Shown piece after piece: positions 27,003 to 34,908 of a DNA stretch of 42,721 nt. The translations under genes and the position numbers were made by a program. The stretch's first letter is position 1. Each line of letters opens with the position of its first letter. This stretch comes from Ruminiclostridium sp. (GTDB taxonomy: Bacteria; Bacillota; Clostridia; Oscillospirales; Oscillospiraceae): contig JAFZEB010000121.1 of the NCBI GenBank assembly GCA_017560855.1, forward strand, positions 1 to 42,721, read 5' to 3'. The notes below the pieces were generated by a model. The model saw only the letters and a program-made list of their open reading frames with translations, was not told where the DNA came from and did no database searches.

Positions 27003-27670
27003 GTGAAGACCACCTCCCCGTTCTCATCGACAAAATGCCCCGTCACCCGGCGAGGTTCTTCCGTCTGAGTCCCAGCACCATTTAGGAGAACATCGTTCCG
27101 TTCCCAGGTCCTGACAGCGGCGCGCCAGTCGGAAATCTTGGTCTTCCCCCTCATCCAGCCAGAGGCCTCGTAATGAGCCAGGAACCGTTGCGGGTCCACA
27201 CTGTTGCCCCGTTCTCGGCAGTATGCCCGAACCTCGTCCAAAGAAGGAGGAACGAAACGGTTTTTCTTGGGCGACTCATTCGCCCCCAAGAATTCCTTCT
27301 CCGTCTCCTTCTCCGTCTCCTTCTCTTGGTTTTTGCCGGGTTTCCTTTCGGTTTCTCTTGGGTTTTCGTTGGGTTCCTCCTGGGTTTGGCTTGGGTTTTT
27401 ATTGGGTTTCTGTTTGGTCGGCCTACCGCCTCTTTTTCCATTCTCCACATTTACCTGATACCGCTTCACTGATGCATCAACATTCGGGCGCAGCAAAGAA
27501 AAGCAACAATTCAACAGTGGAGGTAGGTCTGGCTCCTTCCCCTGGAAGACATAGTCAAGGATGGCGTCGAATAAAGCGAGCCGTTCCTCGTCAGGTAATG
27601 GGCGCAACGCGTCATAGTAGGATGGCAAGAACGTAAATCCGCATCTGTCAGTACCCACACTGCTCACCAC
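26999..27670 (-). CDS. Phage replication initiator (DUF6291-like N-terminus, conserved phage C-terminal domain)
   Basis: FTFLPSYYDAL...ILDY...NGKRGGRP, a low-complexity linker, then FVPPSLDEVRAYC...F..HYEASGW...DWRAAVRTWERN; translationally coupled to dnaB. Confidence 0.8.
   Translation of the reverse strand: MVSSVGTDRCGFTFLPSYYDALRPLPDEERLALFDAILDYVFQGKEPDLPPLLNCCFSLLRPNVDASVKRYQVNVENGKRGGRPTKQKPNKNPSQTQEEPNENPRETERKPGKNQEKETEKETEKEFLGANESPKKNRFVPPSLDEVRAYCRERGNSVDPQRFLAHYEASGWMRGKTKISDWRAAVRTWERNDVLLNGAGTQTEEPRRVTGHFVDENGEVVFT
27325..27420. repeat. Iteron array with exact 11-bp period inside the initiator gene (candidate origin)
   Basis: GG of a (T/G/C)GGT(TT) motif ends at 27329, 27340, 27351, 27362, 27373, 27384, 27395, 27406 and 27417. 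Confidence 0.7.
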
Positions 27671-27963
27671 CCATCGATTCGTTCTTGTCCCAGAGCCTCC
27701 AGCAGGGTCCGCTCCATAGCATTGGCAGCAGCCACAGTCTCCATCGCTCGATGGCGCATGGATCGGATAAAGCGAACCAGCTCTTCCGAAGACTCCGGCA
27801 GGTAGAATCCACCACGGTCCGTGTTCGTCACGATCGGCAGACCGCGCTTGCGTTCACGAGCAACCAGTCGGCGCACCTCACGGTCCGTCAGGCCGGTGAT
27901 AGCCGCCAAGTCCCGCCGGGACAGGGCATTCTCTGCGCCCCAATCAAGCAATTCGTAGATCAT
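27664..27963 (-). CDS. HTH-containing phage protein
   Basis: GAENALSRRDLAAITGLTDREVRRLVARERKRGLPI...GGFYLP. Confidence 0.75.
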   Translation of the reverse strand: MIYELLDWGAENALSRRDLAAITGLTDREVRRLVARERKRGLPIVTNTDRGGFYLPESSEELVRFIRSMRHRAMETVAAANAMERTLLEALGQERIDGW

Positions 27964-28199
27964 GCTCTCACCTCCAGTCTCCGAATTTCACCCATCACCG
28001 AGGTAGAGCCGACAACATCGCCAGCCTCCAGGTAGCTCTCCAGATCTTCGATAGCCACCAGGCGTTTGGTACCCACGGCAGTAAATGGCAGCTTGCCTTC
28101 CAGTACCAGTCTCCGGATGGCGGTCTTGGTCAAAGCAGTGCCAGGGTCAATCTCCTGCATGTAGGCCGCTGCCTGGGGAATGGTCCTCATGCGCTTCAC
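27960..28199 (-). CDS. Excisionase-like (Xis/AlpA-type HTH) protein
   Basis: MRTIPQAAAY...TAIRRLVLEGKLPF..VGTKRLV...LESYL. Confidence 0.75.
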   Translation of the reverse strand: MKRMRTIPQAAAYMQEIDPGTALTKTAIRRLVLEGKLPFTAVGTKRLVAIEDLESYLEAGDVVGSTSVMGEIRRLEVRA

Positions 28200-28387
28200 T
28201 GAAGCTCCCTCCTTTCGTCCACGATAGCCCGGATGGCTCCCAGGGCCTTCTCAGTGTCTTCGGCCGACAGTTCCCGCCGAAGACGGCGATGCCAGGTGGA
28301 TTCGGACATCCCCAGCTTCTCTGCGATGGCCCACAGCGGAACTCCTAAACGACAAGCTTCGGAACGGACCTCGATATTGCACCTCAT
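28196..28387 (-). CDS. Cro-like HTH regulator
   Basis: GVPLWAIAEKLGMSESTWHRRLRRELS; RBS AAGGAGG; first gene of the operon divergent from the integrase. Confidence 0.75.
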   Translation of the reverse strand: MRCNIEVRSEACRLGVPLWAIAEKLGMSESTWHRRLRRELSAEDTEKALGAIRAIVDERRELQ

Positions 28388-28405
28388 GAAAACAACCTCC
28401 TTTGC

Positions 28406-28439
28406 GGCCCTTGACAAACGGGCCATGTGATGTTAGGCT
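28406..28439 (+). promoter_or_regulatory. Candidate integrase promoter with an inverted repeat around the -35 box
   Basis: GGCCC-TTGACA-AAC-GGGCC; TTGACA(28411)-17-TAGGCT with a TG extension. Confidence 0.5.
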
Positions 28440-28726
28440 GACGGCGAAAGCATGTAATCTTCGTCGTCGCAACCATGATAACCAATCGTCGGACATATCT
28501 CGCCCCCGCTTTTTTGAGATTTTTCTTGCAAAAACGTGTTCAATTGCCCTTATTTCATCCCGATTTCCACCGATTCAAATAAGTTTCCTTAGCGGCAATC
28601 CACCACACAAAACTTTGTTCATCTCACGCAATATGGAGATTGAATTTTATAAAAAATGACGAATGCACATAACTTCGAATTGCAAGCTATCGAAGGATAT
28701 CCACCATAGACGAGGAGGACACATCT

Positions 28727-30118
28727 ATGGCTACAATCAAGAAGAGAGAGGGTAAAAATGGAGTGAGCTACCTCATCCGCTCCTCCTGCGGCTATGACCT
28801 CTCTGGCCGCCATATAGAAAAGAGCATGACATGGAAGCCCTCCCCCGGCATGACTCCTCGACAGATTGAAAAGGAGCTGAACCGACAGGCCGTCCTCTTC
28901 GATGAGCATTGCGCAGCCCAGGGTGTCCAAAACGGGAACATCAAGTTCGAGGCTCTTGCCAAGCAGTGGCTGGAGGAATACGCAGAGCCGAATCTCCGGC
29001 CTCGCACTGTAGCCCGACTCCATCAGCTGGAGGATCGGACTTACCAGGCCATCGGCCACATCCGTGTGGACAAACTCACCGCCCGTCATATCCAGAAATT
29101 CATCCACAATCTGGGGGAAGAAGGGATCTCCTCGGTAAAGGACAAGGCCAAAGCAAAGCCTGGTCTCACCTCTCTTCTGGCAGAGATGAACCTCACGCAG
29201 AAAGCACTCTCCGAACAGATCGGTGTGTCCCGCTCGGTCCTATCTGCCATTTGCAGAGGAGAAAGCACCACCTTCGCATCGGCAGAGAAGGTGGCCAAAG
29301 GACTGGGAAAGCCCGTGTCCGACCTCTTTGTGGTCACCAAAGCAAAGACCACCCTGTCTCCCAAGACCATCAAGCACTACCTTTCCTTCATCTCCGATGT
29401 CATGCAGTATGCCGTGCGCTTTGATATGATCCCCTCCAACCCCTGCAATCGGGTCACCGTCCCCAGCGGGACACAAGCCGAGCGGGAGGTCTACTCCCTG
29501 GAGGAGGCACAAAGCTTCTTGGATAGCCTGGAGAAAGCCCCCACAAAATACCGGGCATTCTTTGTCCTGGCCATCTACGGCGGTCTGCGCCGGGGAGAGA
29601 TCCTGGGCCTGGAGTGGAAGGACTTGGACTTCGAGAACCATGTCATCAAGGTCCAGAGAACCAGTCTGTACTCCAAAGACCTGGGGACCTTCACTGATAC
29701 CACGAAGAATAAGACCAGCATCCGCAGTCTCAAGCTGCCGGCTGCCGTGTTCGCCATCCTCCGGCAGCACAGAGCCGAACAGGCAGAGGATCGCCTAAGA
29801 CAGGGTGACCACTGGCAGGACCATGACCGGCTCTTCACCAACCTCAACGGTGAGCCGATGCACCCCAATACCCCATACCACTGGCTGAAGAGATTCTGTG
29901 AGGAGACCAACCAGCGATTCCTGGGTGTCCATGCCTTCCGTCATCTGAACGCCTCCCTGCTGATCAATGCCGGAGCCGATGTCACTCTGGTGTCCAAGAG
30001 CCTGGGTCACAGCCAGGTATCCACCACACTGAACATCTACTCCCACACATTTGAGGAGGCACAGGCCAGAGCCAGCGAGGCCATCGCGGATATCCTAACC
30101 TTCCAGAAAAAAGCATAA
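28727..30118 (+). CDS. int: Tyrosine recombinase/integrase with an inserted XRE-type HTH domain
   Basis: GLRRGEILGL, HAFRH, LGHS and LNIYSH catalytic motifs; N-terminal arm-binding region; HTH LTQKALSEQIGVSRSVLSAICRG at ~29162-29329. Confidence 0.95.
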   Translation: MATIKKREGKNGVSYLIRSSCGYDLSGRHIEKSMTWKPSPGMTPRQIEKELNRQAVLFDEHCAAQGVQNGNIKFEALAKQWLEEYAEPNLRPRTVARLHQLEDRTYQAIGHIRVDKLTARHIQKFIHNLGEEGISSVKDKAKAKPGLTSLLAEMNLTQKALSEQIGVSRSVLSAICRGESTTFASAEKVAKGLGKPVSDLFVVTKAKTTLSPKTIKHYLSFISDVMQYAVRFDMIPSNPCNRVTVPSGTQAEREVYSLEEAQSFLDSLEKAPTKYRAFFVLAIYGGLRRGEILGLEWKDLDFENHVIKVQRTSLYSKDLGTFTDTTKNKTSIRSLKLPAAVFAILRQHRAEQAEDRLRQGDHWQDHDRLFTNLNGEPMHPNTPYHWLKRFCEETNQRFLGVHAFRHLNASLLINAGADVTLVSKSLGHSQVSTTLNIYSHTFEEAQARASEAIADILTFQKKA

Positions 30119-30120
30119 GA

Positions 30121-30159
30121 AAAGGGCTGTACCCAAAGCGGATACAGCCCTGTTTTTTT
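30121..30159 (+). terminator. Terminator after the integrase gene
   Basis: AGGGCTGTA-CCCAAAGCGGA-TACAGCCCT followed by a T tract. Confidence 0.75.
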
Positions 30160-30164
30160 GCCCG

Positions 30165-30186
30165 TAGCGGACAAATAGCGGACAAT
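30165..30186 (+). repeat. Integrase arm-type site candidates (TAGCGGACAAW x2)
   Basis: Same motif as 11124-11164. Confidence 0.75.
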
Positions 30187-30254
30187 TCATGTTTTGCAAG
30201 GAAAAAGAAAAACCGAAAACCCTTGATACTCAAAGGTTTTCGGCTCTTTGTAGC

Positions 30255-30338
30255 TGGTGCGGATAACGGGACTTGAACCCGTACGTCATGGACACACGCC
30301 CCTCAAACGTGCCTGTCTACCAGTTCCAGCATATCCGC
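30255..30338 (-). tRNA. tRNA-Leu(GAG), integration target
   Basis: Reverse complement GCGGATATGCTGGAACTGGTAGACAGG-CACGT-TTGAGGG-GCGTG-...GGTTCAAGTCCCGTTATCCGCACCA. Confidence 0.97.
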
Positions 30339-30466
30339 AGATTTCAGTTACTTGAACATTATACTCACACAGGGAGGGTTTGTCAATCCTTTTTTTCGTT
30401 CCATGCCACGAAAGCCCGGGCGGCGGTCAGCCGCCCAGGCCTCGCGAATAAGCTGAACAACAAATC

Positions 30467-30638
30467 CTCGTAGAGTTTCGCCGCCGCAGCGGCGAAATCA
30501 CGTTCAATCTGTTTTCCGGCGCGACATGTGCGTGCCGAAAAACTCTACTCGGCCTGCAAACGTGCGGGTCTTCAGCCCGTGCGCTGCAGCAGGCCGCAAA
30601 TTCCACTTGAGAGAGCCCAGCGAAGCGGGTCTCTCAAG
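30467..30638 (+). repeat. Four-hairpin intergenic repeat, copy C
   Basis: Aligns with copies A and B; its last hairpin overlaps the stop codon of the gene at 30634. Confidence 0.75.
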
Positions 30639-31560
30639 TCTTCAGAGATGCGGGGTAGATACCTGCGTCGTGGAGCTTCTTCAGCTCTGCCTCCACGATG
30701 GGGCGGTCCTCCTTGTAGGTGACGCCGAACCAGACGGCGTCGGTGTCCAGGACGGACACATCCAACTTGCCCTCGGTGATGAGCTTGTCCACCAGAACGG
30801 GCAGCAGGCACTCGGCCTTCAGCTCGTCGGGGGCCAGGCCCTTCAGGAAGGCGGTGAAGTAGGCCTCCATCTCCTCAAAGATCCAGGGGGTGAAGCCCCA
30901 GAAGTTCATGGACACGGGGCTTTCGGGGGCCAGGGGGACCTCGTTTTCGGGGTCTGCGATATCGGCGATGGAGTCATCGGGATACTTCTTGATCTTCAGG
31001 GTCTCCTTGACCTTCTTCAGGCTGCCGTTCTCGGTCTGGCAGACGCCGCGGGAGACGGTGCCGTGGTCGCTGACGGTATTCATCAGACGGTAGCCCACCA
31101 TGGTGCCCTTGCCGGTCTTCTCCAGGCGCATCAGTTCCTCATAGATGGTAGTGAAGGCGGAGCGGCCATAGTAGTCGTCGGCATTGATGACGGCAAAGGG
31201 CTCCTGGACGGCATCCTTGGCGCACAGAACGGCGTGGACGGTGCCGAAGGGCTTCTTGCGGTCAGCGGGGATCTGGTAGAAGGAAGGGACGCTGGAAAAG
31301 TCCTGGAAGACGTACTTCACTTCCACAGGCTCCCCCTGCTTGGTCTTCATGGTCTGGATGCGGTCGCCGCAGAGGTTCCGCAGGGTCTGCTCCATCTCAG
31401 GCTTGATGATGAAGACCACCTTGCTGAATCCGGCCTGGATAGCGTCATAAACGGAATACTCCATGATGGCCTCGCCGTTGGGGCCGATGCCGTCGGTCTG
31501 CTTTTCGCCGCCGTAGCGGGAACCCATACCGGCTGCCATAATCACCAGTGCTGCTTTCAT
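30634..31560 (-). CDS. Sugar-phosphate nucleotidyltransferase family protein
   Basis: LVIMAAGMGSRYGG.KQ, KPFGTVHAV, VINADDYYG motifs. Confidence 0.88.
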   Translation of the reverse strand: MKAALVIMAAGMGSRYGGEKQTDGIGPNGEAIMEYSVYDAIQAGFSKVVFIIKPEMEQTLRNLCGDRIQTMKTKQGEPVEVKYVFQDFSSVPSFYQIPADRKKPFGTVHAVLCAKDAVQEPFAVINADDYYGRSAFTTIYEELMRLEKTGKGTMVGYRLMNTVSDHGTVSRGVCQTENGSLKKVKETLKIKKYPDDSIADIADPENEVPLAPESPVSMNFWGFTPWIFEEMEAYFTAFLKGLAPDELKAECLLPVLVDKLITEGKLDVSVLDTDAVWFGVTYKEDRPIVEAELKKLHDAGIYPASLKT

Positions 31561-31746
31561 AATGATACCTCTCTATCGTGGCCGCCGGAGCGGCTGTATT
31601 CTTTCATATAGGGGTATTATACTATGAACGGACAGGTTTTTCCACGGTTCTGTGAATTTTTTCTGTCAACCTGCAAAAAACTGTCGTTTTTTCTCCCCAA
31701 GTATGGTTTAATAGAAGTATGAAACCAACACGAAGGAGGTCTTCCT

Positions 31747-32373
31747 ATGAGTAAACTGGAACTGCGCTGGCTGGGTCACGCCTGCTTTGCACTGAAATAC
31801 AAGGACTTCACCGTGGTCTTCGACCCCTTTGAGGACAACTACGTCCGGGGCTTCGGCGCTCTGGACGTGGCGGCTGACCTGGTCCTCTGCTCCCACTTCC
31901 ACAATGACCACGGCGCCGCCTATGTGGTCCAGCCCCTGGAGGGCCACGAGAACCCCTTCCAGGTCACCGGCATCCAGACCTTCCACGACCCTGAGGGCGG
32001 CAAGCTCCGGGGTGAGAACGTGATCCATGTCCTGGAGGCCGACGGCTTCAAGGTGGCCCACCTGGGGGACCTGGGCTGTGAGCTGACCCCTGACCAGCTG
32101 GACCAGCTCATGGACCTGGACGTGCTCATGATCCCCGTGGGCGGCTTCTACACCATCGGCCCCGATGAGGCCTGGGATCTGATCGAAGCCATCCAGCCCC
32201 GGGTGATCATCCCCATGCACTATAAGCTGGGTGACATCGGCCTGGAAAAGGTGGCCGAGCTGAGCGATTTCCTGGTGCAGATCGAAGAATACAACGAGTA
32301 TCCCGGCAACACCATCACCGTGGACAAGAAAACCGAAGCCCAGGTGGCTGTGCTGAAATTCATCCCCAATTAA
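31747..32373 (+). CDS. MBL-fold metallo-hydrolase
   Basis: WLGHACF, SHFHNDH, HLGDLG, IPMHY motifs; followed by a terminator at ~32387-32413. Confidence 0.9.
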   Translation: MSKLELRWLGHACFALKYKDFTVVFDPFEDNYVRGFGALDVAADLVLCSHFHNDHGAAYVVQPLEGHENPFQVTGIQTFHDPEGGKLRGENVIHVLEADGFKVAHLGDLGCELTPDQLDQLMDLDVLMIPVGGFYTIGPDEAWDLIEAIQPRVIIPMHYKLGDIGLEKVAELSDFLVQIEEYNEYPGNTITVDKKTEAQVAVLKFIPN

Positions 32374-32502
32374 ACTCTTCTCTCCCACGACGCCCCGAAA
32401 GGGGCGTTGTTTTTCTTTCCCAAGTATTCTCTCCCCGCCATAGGAGAGTTTAGTTTGTTTTTATTAGTTGGTTGTATTAGTTAGATAGGCGCTCGTTTTT
32501 TC

Positions 32503-32946
32503 TCACACCGCCGGAAAAAATGAGAGGGAGTCTGCCATTTTTTCCAGACTCTCGTTTTCGGCGGGGTAATCCAAAATTTTTTCGGACTCCACGGACAATC
32601 CCGGAACACGCAGAAAGATCCAGCTTGCCTCATTCCCAATGGGCTGGGTGCGGAAGATCAGTTCCTGATCTTCCAGAATCTTCAGATTCTTTCGTATGGT
32701 GGACTCCCCCTTCTTCAAATCCATGGCCAGGTGCGGAATGCTGTAGCACACATAGACCCAGCCATCTGCCGTGTAGTAGCGGTTCTTCTGGGAGAGTGTC
32801 CCACGGTCCAGAAGCATTGTGTAGAGCAGAACCGCTGTGGACGGAAGGCCCTTCTCCAGAATGGCCTTGGGCAGGGGTGCAAAGCCCCGGAGCTTGTCCT
32901 CCTTGGTAAAGGGCACCAAGTCATGGTGCACAATGGGATACATCAT
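32503..32946 (-). CDS. Orphan RepA_N-like (replication initiator A N-terminal) winged-helix protein, possibly a truncated remnant
   Basis: LPK...AVLLYTMLLDRGTLSQKN....DGWVYVCYSI..LA..L...ESTIRKNLKILED..LI.R. Confidence 0.6.
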   Translation of the reverse strand: MMYPIVHHDLVPFTKEDKLRGFAPLPKAILEKGLPSTAVLLYTMLLDRGTLSQKNRYYTADGWVYVCYSIPHLAMDLKKGESTIRKNLKILEDQELIFRTQPIGNEASWIFLRVPGLSVESEKILDYPAENESLEKMADSLSFFPAV

Positions 32947-33093
32947 AAAATCCCTCCTTTCACTTATAGGCGAAAAAAGAGGGTTTCGTGTACGCAAATG
33001 TACACGTTTCAAAAAATAATTTGGCAACAGAGATCCCCTCACCCGTTTTTGTGGACAGGCGAGGGGATCTTCACTTACAAATATTATATTGTG

Positions 33094-33609
33094 TCAAAGA
33101 ATGGCCGCCAGGGCGTCCTCATAGGCCCCCTTGGTCTTGGGGTCAAAGCAGACCATGGTGACGATCTCCGGGGTGTCGGTTTTTCCCAGTTCTTCAGCAA
33201 TGGTGCGGATGGCGATCTCCGCCGCCTGGGCCAGGGGGAAGTGGTAGACCCCCGTGCTGATGGAGGGGAAGCACACCGTCTTGCAGCCATGCTCCCAGGC
33301 CAGGGCCAGGCAGGACCGATAGCAGGAGGCCAGCAGAGCAGGCTCGTTCCGCTCGCCCCCACGCCAGATGGGACCAGGGGTGTGGATAACGTATTTCGCA
33401 GGGAGTCGGTAGCCCTTGGTGATCTTGGCCTGGCCGGTGGCACAGCCGTTGAGGGGGATACACTCGGCCAGCAGGTCGGGACCGGCCGCCCGGTGGATGG
33501 CACCGTCCACCCCGCCGCCCCCCAGCAGACTGGTGTTGGCGGCGTTCACGATGGCATCGCAGGTCTGCCTGGTGATGTCGCCCTGGATGATGAAGATACG
33601 GTTTTTCAT
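33094..33609 (-). CDS. Macro domain protein (O-acetyl-ADP-ribose deacetylase, YmdB-like)
   Basis: [38 protein letters not shown]. Confidence 0.93.
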   Translation of the reverse strand: MKNRIFIIQGDITRQTCDAIVNAANTSLLGGGGVDGAIHRAAGPDLLAECIPLNGCATGQAKITKGYRLPAKYVIHTPGPIWRGGERNEPALLASCYRSCLALAWEHGCKTVCFPSISTGVYHFPLAQAAEIAIRTIAEELGKTDTPEIVTMVCFDPKTKGAYEDALAAIL

Positions 33610-33647
33610 AGGTGGGCTCCTTTCATCGGAAGGAATCGTTACATCGG

Positions 33648-33719
33648 CGGGCGGCTGATAGCCGCCCCTACATGGTCTCATGCGAAAATGCGAACGTAGG
33701 GGCGGATAGTATCCGCCCG
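33648..33719. repeat. Pair of GTAG-type REP-like palindromes
   Basis: 33648-33671 is identical to 7397-7420; 33696-33719 differs by one base from 7344-7367. Confidence 0.8.
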
Positions 33720-33747
33720 ACCCACGTCGGTCCACGGTTCACGTCGG

Positions 33748-34626
33748 TTACAGCGCTCTCCAGCTCTCGTGGCGGATGCCACGCTTACCGCCCAGGGCGG
33801 CGTCCAGCTGGCGCAGGAAGTCCTCCCGGTCGTCCGGCAGGGTGCCCTTCAGGGGCACGTAGTTGGAGGCGTGGTTGCTGGTGAAATGGAAGGGGCCGTA
33901 GTTGAGACCGGCCACCAGGGCACGGGTCTCCTCCAGGTACTCCCGGGCGGTGATCATCTGGAACTTGCCGCTGACCACATCCTGGTACATGGGGGAGCTG
34001 GGCTCAGGCATGTAGGACAGGCAGGAGACGTGGTGGGCCTGCATCCGGTTCAGGACCCGGATGGTCTCCTCCACGTGCTTCTTGGAGGCCTCACCGGGAC
34101 CGGCCAGACCCAGGATGACCATGAGCCACAGGTCCATGCCGGCCTCCTTGATCATGTCGGTGGCCTCAATCATCTCAGCAGAGGTGACACCCTTGTTGAC
34201 CTTCTTCAGAAGCTCATCCCAGCCGGTCTCCACGCCCAGGTAGGCACGGGTCAGACCAGCCTGACGAAGCTCCTTCAGCTGTTCCAGGGACTTGGTCTTG
34301 GTGGAGCGGGTGCCTGCGTAGGTGGTCACCTGGCGCAGGTTGGGGAAGGCGGCGTAGAGGGCCTCCAGGATCTGCAATAACTGCTCCTGGCGCATAACGA
34401 TGGCGTCGCCGTCGCAGAGGAAGACCTTATCCACCGTGGCGGGGTCGTAGTAGACCCGGGCCATGGCGATGTCTTCCATGATCTCCTTCATGGGGCGGAC
34501 GTGGAACTTCTTTTCCTTATACATGCCGCAGAAGGTGCACTTGTTGTGGGTGCAGCCCACGGTGCACTGGAGCAGATAGCTTCGCCACTCTCCCGGGGGA
34601 CGATAAATCTTACCTTCATAACGCAT
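33748..34626 (-). CDS. Radical SAM protein
   Basis: CTHNKCTFC (CxxxCxxC), VFLCDGD, YLGVETG. Confidence 0.9.
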   Translation of the reverse strand: MRYEGKIYRPPGEWRSYLLQCTVGCTHNKCTFCGMYKEKKFHVRPMKEIMEDIAMARVYYDPATVDKVFLCDGDAIVMRQEQLLQILEALYAAFPNLRQVTTYAGTRSTKTKSLEQLKELRQAGLTRAYLGVETGWDELLKKVNKGVTSAEMIEATDMIKEAGMDLWLMVILGLAGPGEASKKHVEETIRVLNRMQAHHVSCLSYMPEPSSPMYQDVVSGKFQMITAREYLEETRALVAGLNYGPFHFTSNHASNYVPLKGTLPDDREDFLRQLDAALGGKRGIRHESWRAL

Positions 34627-34644
34627 AGGTCATTCCTCCTTATG

Positions 34645-34845
34645 TTAAGTCTGGGCAGAGGTTTGTTCTGCCCGTATAATTTTCTTCAATGCCTTTTCGG
34701 CCTTTTTCCGGGGGATCATCATTTCCCGGCCGCAGCCTTCACAGCGCAGGCGGAAATCCATCCCCACCCGGAGCACCTCCCACCGGCGGCTGCCGCAGGG
34801 GTGTTCCTTTTTCATTTCTAAAACATCACCGAGTTCGATGTCCAT
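34645..34845 (-). CDS. DUF951 family protein
   Basis: GDVLEMKKEHPCGS..W...RVGMDFRLRCEGCG. Confidence 0.85.
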   Translation of the reverse strand: MDIELGDVLEMKKEHPCGSRRWEVLRVGMDFRLRCEGCGREMMIPRKKAEKALKKIIRAEQTSAQT

Positions 34846-34908
34846 TGTCATGCCTCCAAACAGGTCCTCATAGACTTTGGGAAACCCCCAAAGAAAGGAA
34901 GACGCAAG

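Larger units (their letters stand above)
11004..30277. mobile_element. Integrated phage-satellite-like (PICI-like) element, ~19.3 kb, inserted in tRNA-Leu(GAG)
   Basis: Perfect 23-bp direct repeat TGGTGCGGATAACGGGACTTGAA at 11004-11026 and 30255-30277 (tRNA 3' end); tyrosine integrase next to the tRNA; xis, initiator and DnaB present; no recognisable virion-assembly or conjugation genes. Boundaries are well supported; the satellite class is inferred. Confidence 0.88.

Noticed and set aside
28402-28659. 85-aa ORF in the cro-int gap as the missing repressor
   Set aside because: No RBS and no HTH pattern; it overlaps the promoter elements.
11004-30277. Complete prophage or conjugative element (ICE/IME)
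   Set aside because: No recognisable terminase, portal, capsid, tail, lysis, relaxase or T4SS genes between the att sites. A deleted prophage cannot be fully excluded without comparative data.
33094-33609. Macro domain as an antidote to the element's ART cassette (DarTG-like pair)
   Set aside because: It lies ~3 kb outside the att site among housekeeping genes and looks like an ordinary YmdB-type protein; proximity is probably coincidental.
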